From Epiperipatus broadwayi (lineage: Eukaryota; Animalia; Onychophora), in NCBI GenBank assembly GCA_028023455.1, contig JAQFVV010000002.1, forward strand, positions 14,384,001-14,448,000: a DNA stretch of 64,000 nucleotides. Direction: 5' to 3'. The position numbers and the translations under genes are program-made. A model generated the notes under the pieces. That model ran no database searches and had not been told where the DNA came from. It saw nothing but the letters and a program-made list of their open reading frames with translations. How positions within the stretch are numbered: position 1 is the first letter of the stretch; the number at the start of each line of letters is the position of its first letter. Below are positions 52,451 to 64,000 of the stretch, one piece after another.

Positions 52451-54742
52451 TCACTGGCTAAGTCACTAAATGAAAAGTCAGTTGTTCTGATATAAAACTA
52501 GTTACATAATAATTACAGACTAAGTTTGAACGATGAGCTTCTCACTCTGATCATGAAATTAATTTGTCATAATAATTATAACTAATGTATCAAATGGGTA
52601 TATTTTCTAATTTGGAAAATTATTTACTGGTGATTGTTCTAATAAGTGTAACAAATTTAAACAAATGCATATCAAAAAGATTTATACTGTAATTGTATGT
52701 GTATTTTTCTTAATAAAAAAAAAGCAAGCATTTAAGATTTCTTGAGCTCAGATAAATGTATCTTTAATTAAATTAATTTGTGTGTTTGAGAAGTTTAGAA
52801 GGATAAAACTAATCATTAGTCTTTAAAATCTCGTTCTTAACAAGAGTTCTCAAGATTTTGGGGGCAATGATGTATCTCTCTCAGACTCATTTCCTTTGTG
52901 GCTTAAACTCTAGGAATATAATTCTTTAATACTAATATAAGTGCGACTACAATGAAATTTATTCAAGGGATCTTATGCTCTGTCTGTAGTGGAACTTCCC
53001 TTTATCTGGGATCTGCTTGAGGAAAATCTATATTTACATAAGCAAGTTCAAGATGAGATGTGTATAACTTCACTCTCAATTAATAAATATATCACTATTA
53101 AAATAAGCATCCTTCATCCAAAAGGAATACACTCTTCCAAATGAGTATGAATAATTCCTAATTAAAATTTATCAAAATAATAATAATGGCCAAAATGAAT
53201 CAATATATAAAAGACAATCAAATTTAATTGTATTTCACACACATGCATATAAATATAAATACATAATTAACAGAAAAATTAATCTAATGACCTTGTGTAT
53301 ATATCTAGTGGTTATTGCATAATGGGGTCATTAGATATATACACAATTCCAATATAACTTAAGTACTAGGTATGTAAATACTGTGAAAATGTTATGTAAA
53401 TAAAATATTTCATAAAACAATGTATCTTGATCTGGATTTTGACTTCACTTTAAAAGTTCTGACAGCTAAAGAAAAGACTTTTTTAAAAAAAAACAAAATA
53501 TTGCATACAACATTTAACAATATAATTTTCCTTCTGACTATTGATTCTTTGTGTAGGATGATTTCCATCCCACTTCCCACTTTGTGGAATATATTCCTCG
53601 ATAGAGAATGTGGAATGCAGAGATGTCAGCAATTCATATCCTTTATAACTTAATGACAATGTGAGAGAAATAAAAGTTAACTCAGAAGATCAAATAATTA
53701 GAGAATTGTAAGTTATAAACAAATTGGATGCTAAATTTTCCTTTTAGTATAACTTACAAATGTTATGATGTCCTATTAAATATTTGGTGGTAAGTTGTTT
53801 ACATTAATGAGGCATGGCAATCCTTAAGTGATGACTTGTCCAGGTGTTGCATATTGATAAAAAAAATGATTGGAGGGAATGAGACCCCCTTTCCAAAGGT
53901 GTTATCTATTCAAGTATCATTTTGTTTACTAAAACATGAGATAATAAAAGAATAACAAAATGGACTGAATAACTGAGGGGCATAATTTTATAATCTCCTT
54001 ATTCCATCACCATAATCAGTCATAAAATAAACAAAAAAATCATGAAAATCTTGGAACACAATTTAAAAATAAATTTTGGAAAATGTCCTTTAATTTTAAA
54101 TATTATATATATTTTTTCAAACAATGTAGAATACCTTTTATTATTTATTTGTAATAAATAAATAATTTTAAATAATAAATGCATGTTCAATCTTTAAACG
54201 CCAAACCATATTACTTTATATGTACCCAAAACTGCCATTTCATAACACATTCACAACCATATCCTTCTTCCTTTCTTCTTATTCATACAATTATACTGTT
54301 CTTTGTTTTTTTTGAAAAATGTAAATTTTTTTTAAATACAAGTATAATATATATATACTTAAGCTAGATGCAATTAGAGGGGATGGGAGCTTTAAAGTCT
54401 GGGTTCAAATCCCGATTATATATATGAGTGGGTGATGATGATTCAGACCAACTGAAGTGTGCTGGTGCAGCACGAAATTCATATACTGGAGATCATTTGT
54501 CTTTTCCACATGTGTGTGATCATATGTATCAGTTATATAAAATGGAGTGAATGACTGAAAGGAGATTGAAAGTCTGGGTTCCAATTTAAAATAATTAAAA
54601 TGTAGTAAAACCATAAGGATAATACTATAACTTTGCAGTGATGTTCACTTGTTATCATTATGTTCATTAATTTAAAATTCCATTCCATATATTTACTTTC
54701 TTAATTAGATATTTGCATAATCATACTTTTTCATTTACATAT

Positions 54743-56332
54743 TATAACAAAACGCATAGATAGAGTACACTACCGAATATATATCTACGATATAACAAAC
54801 ATACATGCCTATGTATTTATATTTAATTAAAATGGTTTTGACTTAAACCATTGTTATTCAAAACTTCTGGATTCATTCTCATAACTGTAATATATCCCCA
54901 ATGCATATTTATGGTCATCCGAAGGACTCCAAGTGCCAATCTTTTATGAATCTAAGAATTACGTGAAGTGAATATATTACCAACAAGAACACTATCTTAT
55001 GTAACATGAGAGGGGTTTTGACCATTGGCTAGCTCAGTCTAATGGTCGGGTGGCATCACAGCCGGGAGTAGTAACAAATAGGATTAAGAGTTTTTCTTTT
55101 TTTTTTAAACACACATAAAAAAAATATAAATAAATAGATCTGCTAAGAAAACATCACAATAAGATTTAAGATTTATTTTGAGTTTCATTATCAAATCAGT
55201 TTTATTAAAGACTTCTAAAGACCATTATTATTCTTTGATCTTTAGATATAATGAAAAAAATAATAATTCAACACTCTACTTTTTTTTTTATATTTAATAT
55301 TATAAAAATGCAATTACTACTCTGTCATTTTGATACGCACACATACGCCATTCTTTCCAATATTTATTACACAATCAATCCAATATTTATTACACAATCA
55401 AGTAGCGAAGGTCAATACTAAGAAAAGTTTATTTCACGTGACCTCTGACAATAATTATGTTATTTATGTCCGCAATTAAATAAGAATTTCAGAAAATGTC
55501 ATTAAGTTAACTTAGGTTATCACATTCACTTATCATAAACGGTAATATTTTTTTTTTTATAAACGAAAAGAAAATCAGTACTTAAAGTTCTTTACCTGAA
55601 TTTTCCTTGGGGAGTTAGTGGAAGCAGATTTATTTATTTTAAAGAGTTCCGTTCATCACAGGTAATTCAATGCGAAGGTTCCCAATCTTCATGTCCATTG
55701 GTTGACGAGATTCAGCTTGGTTTCACATTGGGAATTATATTTTATTCCAAGGCATCTTGATGTTATTGGGCAAGGCATCTACAGTTGGTTGGAATTAGGG
55801 TTTGAATCTGACATGGTATGTTCTTACCCTGACATTTCTTTTGGATCCGCCATTACGTAAGAAAAATATTAAAACTTTTAATATTATGGATTTACGATTT
55901 TACTGTTCACGGCTGTAACTCTGCAGGGCCAAGACAAAATGCATTATGGGTGACTCTCTTTTATAGCCCCCTCCATTTGTTCTAGAAGTTTCTTTTTGAT
56001 TCCACTTCCTGTTTCTAATGCTGAATAACCAGATCTGGTTGACGTGAAAACTTTTATCATAGCTTTTATGGTACATCAAAGATTTTTCTGTGGGAAACTT
56101 CGAGTTTTTTAAATGTGAAACAAAAATCTTGTTTTTCAACTACTTAACCCATTTATACACACATTTGTCACACACATATATACATTGTTTCAAAATGAGA
56201 GAGTCCCTTCCCCCGTGTTTGTGTATTTGTAACCACCACCACATAATAAAAATTAAATATTATATATCTACAGTTGTTTAAATACTGACCAATAATTATA
56301 TTTGTGACTGGGTTTGAACCCATTCTGTCACA
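54743..56332 (-). repeat. 3' LTR (1590 bp)
   Basis: Direct repeat of 57720-59302; TATAAAAG on the minus strand at 55958-55965. Confidence 0.93.
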
Positions 56333-56398
56333 ATACCCCCTCTTCCAAAAGCTTTCAAATACCTTTGTGTATTTTGAATGGCTCATTTTGGTACAACA

Positions 56399-57511
56399 CT
56401 ATCTGTTTTGCCTCATGTGTCCCTCTGCTTTTTCTGGTCCGAAGTTCGGCTTCTCAGGTGGTCTCTTCTCTTCAGGTATTTCTCTCCATTTTGGAAAAGT
56501 CTCCATTCCTGTTTTCTGCCCTCTTTCATTCTCTTTTACTGCTTCACGATGCCCGCCACAGTCATACGAGCTCATGTCAATGACATTGAGCAACTCGGCG
56601 ATCTCTCCAATGGATGCTTTCCTTACCCCCAAGATCATCTGTTCCATTCTCATGGGCATGATATGTCTTACAACATGGAGTATATGACTCTCTGTCAGCT
56701 TGCATGCATCCAATGTCTGCAGTCTAGCCACCTGTTTATGAAAAAATTGTGCATAGCTATTGTTACAACCTTCTTTAAACTTCTCTTGCATGATTTGATA
56801 GTGTGTTAACTCCTGCCTATTCTCAGATCAAAAGGCCTCTCACTTTTTTTGATACTCTTCAAAAGTAGCCGGCTGTCACCCAAGCGTGTCCCACCATGAC
56901 TGAGCATTGTCTGTGAGGTTGCCGCATGCAATAATTACTTTACTTTCTTCTGCCATGAGATTTATACTGAAGTATTTTCTCAAGCTACGTAGATGCTCAA
57001 CAGGTGCTTCCCCCATCCTACCTGTGAATGGATGAATATTTAAGAATTGGTTCACATTCCCTTGCACCATCGCATGACCTATTAACACTGCCAGTTTTCC
57101 CGAGGGGTTTACTTGAACACCATGCTTCTGTTCACCCCCACTCTCCGTATCTGTTTTTTCACCTTCTTGTTCCCCTAAATCATTTTCATCTTTAATTCCC
57201 ATTTTCTGTTCCAATCTATCCATTTTCTTTTCTATTTCTCTGAATCTAAATTCTAAACTTTCAAGCTTTTTCAAAATTCGCTCCAAAATATTTTCCTGTT
57301 CTTCTTTTTCCATTTTATTTTGTGCCCTTGTTTTCATAAAATTCTTTTCTTTTATTTTACTTTTGATTAACACCTCAGACCCACTCCCCCATCCCAGCAC
57401 AATGCACTGCCTTCCTGTTAGCCTCTTTAACTCTCGAAACCTCATCAAATTAGACAAACAAAAGATAACAGATGCATATCTTTGACCTACTACACAACCA
57501 CGAAATGACAA
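56399..57511 (-). pseudogene. gag: Gag (coiled-coil N-terminus plus capsid-like region), split into two ORFs
   Basis: FTGRMGEAPVEHLRSLRKYFS..DNAQSWWDTL and FFHKQVARLQTL match the 38-kb Gag; the break lies at ~56800-56876. Confidence 0.85.
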
Positions 57512-57719
57512 AATGGTTATTTCTTAATAGATATATACTTAACAAAATAACGCACTTCAATTTATTTAACCATTCACTTGAACTATATATCTAAACAACC
57601 CCTTCCTCAATAAAAATATAAAACTTTTCACTTTATTAATGTATTTCTGAAATCTCATAACTTTCCCCATTCCCCTCTACTTCTCTTCGAAGCCCTATGC
57701 TGGGTGCCATACCTCTCAC

Positions 57720-59302
57720 TAGATAGAGTACACTACCGAATATATATCTATGATATAACAAACATATGTGCCTACATATTTATATTTAATTAAAATGGTT
57801 TTGACTTAAACATTGTTATTCAAAACTTCTGGATTCATTCTCATAACTGTGATATATCCCCAATGCATATTTATGGTCATCCAAAGGACTCCAAGCACCA
57901 ATCTTATACGAATATAAGAATTACATGAAGTGAATATATTACCAACAAGAACACTATCTTATGAAACATGAGAGGGGTTTTGACCATTGGCTAGCTCAGC
58001 TCATGGTTGGGTGGCATCACAGCTGGGAGTAGTTATGAATGAAGGTAAGAGTTTTTCTTTTTTTTTTAAACACACATAAAAAATATAAATAAATAGATCT
58101 GCTAAGAAAACATCACAATAAGATTTATTTTGAGTTTCATTATCAAATCAGTTTTATTAAAGACTTCTAAAGACCATTATTATTCTTTGATCTTTAGATA
58201 TAAAGAAAAAAAAACAAATAATTCAACACTCTAATTTTTTTTTTTTTATATTTAATATTATAAAAATGCAATTACTACTCTGTCATTTCGATACGCACAC
58301 ATACGCCATTCTTTTCAATATTTATTACACAATCAAGTAGTGAAGGTCAATACTAAGAAAAGTTTATTTCACGTGACCTCCGACAATAATTATGTTATTT
58401 ATGTCCGCAATTAAATAAGAATATCAAAATTTCATTAAGTTAACTTAGGTTATCACATTCACTTATCATAAACAGTAATAATTTCTTTTTTATAAAAGAA
58501 AAGAAAATCAGTACTTAAAGTTCTTTACATGAATTTTCCCCAGGGAATTAGTGGAAGCAGATTTATTTATTTTAAGAAGTTCCGTTCATCACAGGTAATA
58601 ACAGATAATTCAATGCGAAGGTTCCCGATCTTCATGTCCGTTGGTTGACGAGGTTCAGCTTGATTTCTCATTGGGAATTATATTTTATTCCAAGGCATCT
58701 TGATGTTATTGGATGAGGCAGCTACAGTTGGTTGGAATTAGGGGTTTGAATCCGACACGGTATGTTCTTACCCCGACATTTCTTTTGGATCCGCCATTAC
58801 GTAAGAAAAATATTAAAACTTTTAATATTATGGATTTACAATTTTACTGTTCATGGCTGTAACTCTGCAGGGCCAAGACAAAATGCATTATGGGTGACTC
58901 TCTTTTATAGCCCCCTCCGTTTGTTCTAAAAGTTTCTTTTTGATTCCACTTCCTGTTTCTAATGCTGAATAACCAGATCTGGTTGACATGTGAAAACTTT
59001 TATCATAGCTTTTATTGTACATAAAAGAAAGTGAAATCTCATTTCTGTGGGAAACTTCTAGTTTTTTTAAATGTTAAACAAAAATCTCATTTCTCTCTTT
59101 TCAACTACTTAACCCATTCATACACACATTTGTCACACACATATATACATTGTTTCAAAATGACAGAGTCCCTTCCCCCACATTTGTGCATTTGTAACCA
59201 CCACGTAATAAAAATTAAATATTATATATCTACATCTACATATATGTTTAAATACTGACCAATAATTATATTTATGACTGGGTTCAAACCCATTCTGTCA
59301 CA
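57720..59302 (-). repeat. 5' LTR, with its PBS-proximal 14 bp replaced
   Basis: Alignable to 54757-56332; TATA at 58902-58909. Confidence 0.9.
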
Positions 59303-59989
59303 ATATATATTTATTTAGATAAAACATGTAAGTAAATTAGACATTTATAAAAAGTAAAATAATAATGTTAGCAAATTCAAACCTTTTTTTCTGAGTGCAG
59401 TAAAAATATCTTACAATGTTAAAATTAAATAAAAACAATGGGTTAAATCAATTTACCCAAAGACTTTCAAAACTATAATTCATAGTGCAGTATATTTAAT
59501 GGAGGCTATCTAAGGTAAGAATTTAATTTTTGTTTTAGGCTATTTTTTTTTATATATACTGAACTGGATTGATATCTGATTCAATGGTTTTATTATCAAA
59601 AATTAAAAAACTTTTAATTTTCGTAAAATTTCTGATGTTAAAAAATTTTCAATTATTTAAAAAGAGTATATATTGAAACACATACTCATTTATATTTAAA
59701 ATAGGTCATTTTAATTTTTTTTTTATAGAATTAATTTTAAAATAGTTTTCTTTCACCGCTTGCTTTTAATCAATTTGATTAAAAACAAGCAAGCTTTAAG
59801 ATATCAACAAGAAGGCTTGTAAATTACATTCCTGTCATTTTTATTTTAACCATTTCTAAGTTCATTTTAAAAGTGGAGATTTAATTTTGTGTTGTTGTTT
59901 TTGTTTAAAATAATCCCTGGTTGGAATTCCTCATTAGATTGAGCAGGACTAAGGTGTAGAGTTCGACAACAGGAAAGTTTTTGCAGGAA

Positions 59990-62240
59990 ATGTCATCATC
60001 ATCATCAACCATTATCAATGCACTGCAGGATGAAGGTCTCTCCAAGTTTAATCCATCTTCTCCGATCTTTAGCTTCTTACACATCACCCCTGCACTTTCT
60101 TATTTCATCCATCCATCTCACATGTGCGCTCTTTCTGGGTCTTTTACAATCTCTTGGAATCCAGTTGAAGATTTCAATTGTCCATCTATTATCATCTCTT
60201 CTAGCAATATGTCCAGCCCAACTCCACTTCAATCTTTTAATTTTTTCAATGACGTCAGTAACCCCTACTTGTTCTCTTACCTATACATTGCGTTTTCGTT
60301 CTTGTTACTCCTAACATGCATCTCTCCATACTTCTTTGAGTGATCTGAGGTCTCTGTATTGCTCTTCTATTAAGTGTCTAAGTCTCAGATCCATAAGTAA
60401 GAACTAGTAAAACACATTTGTTAAAAACCTTTTTTTTTCAAACACATAGGCATATTTCCTTTTAGTATCAAGTTATTTCTACCAAAAGCATGCCAACCAA
60501 GTTTAATTCTATGATTAATTTCATCCATTATGTTTCCATCTGTATTAATAATCTGACCAAGGTATTTATAACTGTTAACTTCTTCTAATTCATCATAATC
60601 AATCTTTATTTTCATATTTTGAGCAAATTGATTAAACATTACTTTTGTATTTTTAACATTTATTTTTAGTCCTACTTTTCTACTTTCATCTGATAACTCC
60701 TGCAACATTTCCTGCAGCTCTGAAGCATTATTTGCAAAAACAACTATATCATCTGCAAAATCTAAATGACTTAAATAATCTCCATTTACTTTCCCTCCTT
60801 TAGTTTCCCATTTTAATCCACAAAATACTTCTTGCAGCACTGCTGTAAAAAGTTTTGGAGATATGGAGTCACCTTGTCTTACACCTTTCTCAATGTTGAC
60901 TTTCCCAGTATCATTATGTAATCTAATTGTTGCTGTTGCATTTTTATAAATATTCTTTAAAATATGACAATATCCTGGATCTATACCTTGATAATCCAAT
61001 GCTTTAATCACTGAAGAAATGTTTATAGAATCAAATGCCTTTTCATAATCTACAAATCCAAACCATAATGACAACTCCTATTCATTTGTCCTTTCTATAA
61101 CTTCTCTCAATACCTGGATATGATCTACTGTACTAAAACCACTTTTAAATTCAGCTTGTTCTCTTGGTTGGTGGAAGTCCAGTGTTCTCTGTAGACGAGT
61201 AGTAATTATCTTAGTAAAAAATTTGTATAAATCTGATAAAAAACTGATAGGTCTGTAATTTCTAATATTTTCTTTATCATCTTTTTTAAATATTAATATT
61301 AATACTGCATTCTTCCAATCATCTGGTACATCTTTATCATTTAGACACTTGGTATATAACTTTGCTAAAAATTTTCCTATTTCTTCACCTGCTTCTTTTA
61401 ATATATCATTTATAATTCCATCATTACCTGGAGCCTTTCCTTTTTTCATACATTTAATTGCATGTTTCACTTCTTCATTTAAAATTATGGGTAATTCAGA
61501 AGATGTAATAGAAATAGGAGGTACTTGTTCTTTATTACTATATAATTCTTGATAAAAGTCTTCTACCCATTTCACAATGTCACCTCTCTTTTTAGTAATA
61601 ATTCCATTCTTTTTTCTTATTGCAGATATAAATTTTTTACCAATGCCAAAATGTTGTTTTACATTCTTGAGACTTTTATTTTCTTCTACAGCTTTCCTTG
61701 CTAGTTCACATTTATACTTTCTTATATCATTTTCAACTCTTTTCCGTACCTTTTTACAAAATTCGAGATATTCAATCCTTTTTAATGCATCATTTTTGTA
61801 TATCTTCATATTCATTCCTTTCTTCATAAATTCTCTAGTCTCAGTAGAAATTTTATTGGTCAATTGCTGTTTTTTTTTACCAGCTATCTTTGTTGCTGTT
61901 TTTAAAAGTGTATCAGTTATTTTCATATTAATTTTATTCAAATCTGAATCATGTTCAAAATCATGCAGCCTGGTATAAATAATGCTGCAGATTTTGGGAC
62001 ATAGTTTTTAGATTATCTTGACTAACAAGCTGTTTCAAAGTGGTAGATTCAATATTCATTTTACACTTTGATTATAGTCTGCAAAGAGTCGCACCACATT
62101 GTTTGCAGTTCAGACATTTAATTTCTTTTAAAAGAAAAAGGTTTTGCAGTTGTTACAAGATTTGTTTCTTCTTGATGTTCAAACCCACCATCTTACGTAT
62201 CCTAAACTCCAACATGTCTTGCTAGCTTAGTTCAAAAGAT
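59990..62240 (-). mobile_element. 5'-truncated RTE-1 LINE with (GAT)n tail
   Basis: NYRPIS, DYEKAFDSI, GVRQGDSISPKLF, FADD, YKYLG, LKWSWAGHIARR; (TCA)5 at 59993-60007; ORF2 frameshifted. Confidence 0.93.
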
Positions 62241-62599
62241 GAACCCACACCTGCCAATATTGTTTCTTCAGTCATACTATAAAAGTATAAAATAACCGGA
62301 TTCCCCATTTGCCGCTGTCCAACTATGGATCACTTGAAATATGAACTGAAATAAAAGTGCACACTCTACGTGAACTTTGCGTTACCTTAAGGTAAATATT
62401 TCCTTTTATTCTTTCCAGGGTAAATTCTTTTAGTTAAATTTCCACTCAATCTTAAACATAAATCTGTATTCTTAATCATTATTTAACCTCATATTTATTC
62501 GCTGTATTTGTTTTTCATTGTACTTTGCCGTGCGTCTTGGAATCTTAGTTTTAAGATTCCAAGTTTTCTTTCAATATTATTTATCGGAGAGTGTCTAGT

Positions 62600-63900
62600 G
62601 AGTGTATATGTTTAATATATCTCTATTTATCTGCCTTACTTTTCTAAATGCTTTAGCATTCTTGTGCAGTTTTAATTTTGCTCACCTGTATTTATTTTAT
62701 TGTCAAAGAATTGATTTAAAATACTGTGTTTGTGCTTATGCAAACTTAAAAATCTTTTGTCTGGCGATTTATCATCTTTATTGTTCTAGTTTTCTGTATT
62801 TGGAGATTTCATTTCTTCTTTTCTTATGTCTCTGAAATGGGAAACTGGAATTGTTGTTCTTTGTAATTTTATAAATTGCCAGCAGGAAGATAATATTTAT
62901 TACAGGTGGAAGAGAGTTTTTTTCTGCTAAAGTATTTAATGCCTTAATGTTTTCTACTCATATACACTCTCTGATAAACTAACAAAAAAAAAGTCTAGGT
63001 CAATGTTTATATTTTGCTTGCTAGATTTGTTTATATTTATGTGTGGCTTTAAATTTTATCAGAGCGTGTACTCAGAACTTTGTAGATTTATTTATAATTA
63101 TAATTAGTTCATTCTCTTGAAATGCTTGGGCAGGCATAACTGCTTTTCTAATTATTTAATGATCTTCTACTGAGGCCACTAATTATTATTCTTATATTAG
63201 TTTTTGTCAATTATTTGATTGGGGATTCGCCAGTTTTAAATGCTGTTTTACTTTCATTCTAGATTTGGTATTGTATTAATTTAAAGTCTTTACGTCAGAA
63301 TATTTTGTTATTTTATTAAATTGGAGATATAAATCCCCCCCCCTTTACAATTCATATTCCGATGTATTAATCATATTTTATTTTGTTCTTGGGTAAATCA
63401 AACATGTTTGCTTTAAACATAGTATAACATGCAGCTTCTACTGGCATATGATGTTCTTGGTCCTGACACATTTTCCAGGCCCAGAAATGCTTGACGGTGC
63501 TGGTTTCATTAATTTAGTTCAAGAACGTATTGTTTGCATATCTGTGAATGGAAACAGTGTTGTTAATTCTCTGCTGAAAGAAATTTGTTCTCTCCCTTTC
63601 TAATTCTCTATTAGAAGATCTGTCTGTATGCCAGACCATTGAATTTTAGTCCTTCTGGTACGCACCTAAGCTAATCCTATTTCTTGTGTTATAAACTTTT
63701 TACTTCATAATTTATATTTCTATCAAATTGCTATATATATATATAATTGGATTTGAATTATACAGATAAAAGGATTCAAGAAATCCCTGGGGCAATTGAT
63801 AACTTTTATCTAGTAAGAATTTACTTACATCTATAAGTGGACCCTTCTGATTGGAGATAAGCCTTGCTCTCGAAGTTTAGAGATTTCATTGGTAAAAGTA
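62600..63900 (-). mobile_element. Highly decayed LINE-like remnant
   Basis: Only weak RT-like fragments (LSLYIAIVL, GLKFN, KGG) by manual translation. Confidence 0.3.
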
Positions 63901-64000
63901 GACTTTAGAGAACAATAGCGATATACAGAGAAAGGGAAACGCCTTCCCAGGAATCCGGGCAGTCGCACTGGAGTTCCACGACCAGGCAGAAGGAATAATT

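Larger units (their letters stand above)
54743..59302 (-). mobile_element. Gag-only non-autonomous LTR retrotransposon
   Basis: LTRs 54743-56332 and 57720-59302; ATAT TSD at 54739-54742 and 59303-59306; PPT GGAAGAGGGGGTAT at 56333-56346; PBS 57692-57709; ~1.38-kb interior encoding only gag. Confidence 0.93.

Noticed and set aside
53420-53920. Possible host exons in the AT-rich spacer
   Set aside because: No recognisable protein motif and no consistent splice or reading frame.
35247-61978. Many 60-190 aa ORFs antisense to gag/pol/ORF2 (e.g. 38205-38783, 59981-60343, 61577-61978)
   Set aside because: They are shadow frames of transposon coding sequence with no independent motifs.
1-64000. Unistrand piRNA cluster suggested by many minus-strand elements
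   Set aside because: At least six or seven elements are on the plus strand, so the bias is too weak to call without small-RNA data.

Overview
AT-rich eukaryotic DNA, probably from an invertebrate, made almost entirely of nested and mostly decayed transposable elements. I found no supportable host gene, rRNA, tRNA or CRISPR array. It holds a lineage of long-LTR Ty3/Gypsy elements: a near-complete copy (33226-39538), a gag-only copy (54743-59302), a probable solo LTR filled with minisatellites (24300-26803) and an old copy (13768-~21960). It also holds two Tx1/L1-like LINEs, several RTE LINEs, four Penelope-like (GIY-YIG) remnants and a TIR element with an 8-bp TSD. The best find is a TSD-flanked non-coding element at 27943-29369. 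It consists of ~466-bp monomers (one inverted plus two tandem), each carrying a type I hammerhead ribozyme fold, i.e. a retrozyme or non-autonomous Penelope derivative. Other notable signals are heavy CpG-type decay between paired repeats, Gypsy insertion into (TA)n, and an LTR motif complementary to the 5' part of tRNA-Lys(CUU) alongside Lys(CUU)-like primer-binding sites. All alignments and translations outside the supplied ORF track were done by eye, so boundaries of old remnants are approximate.
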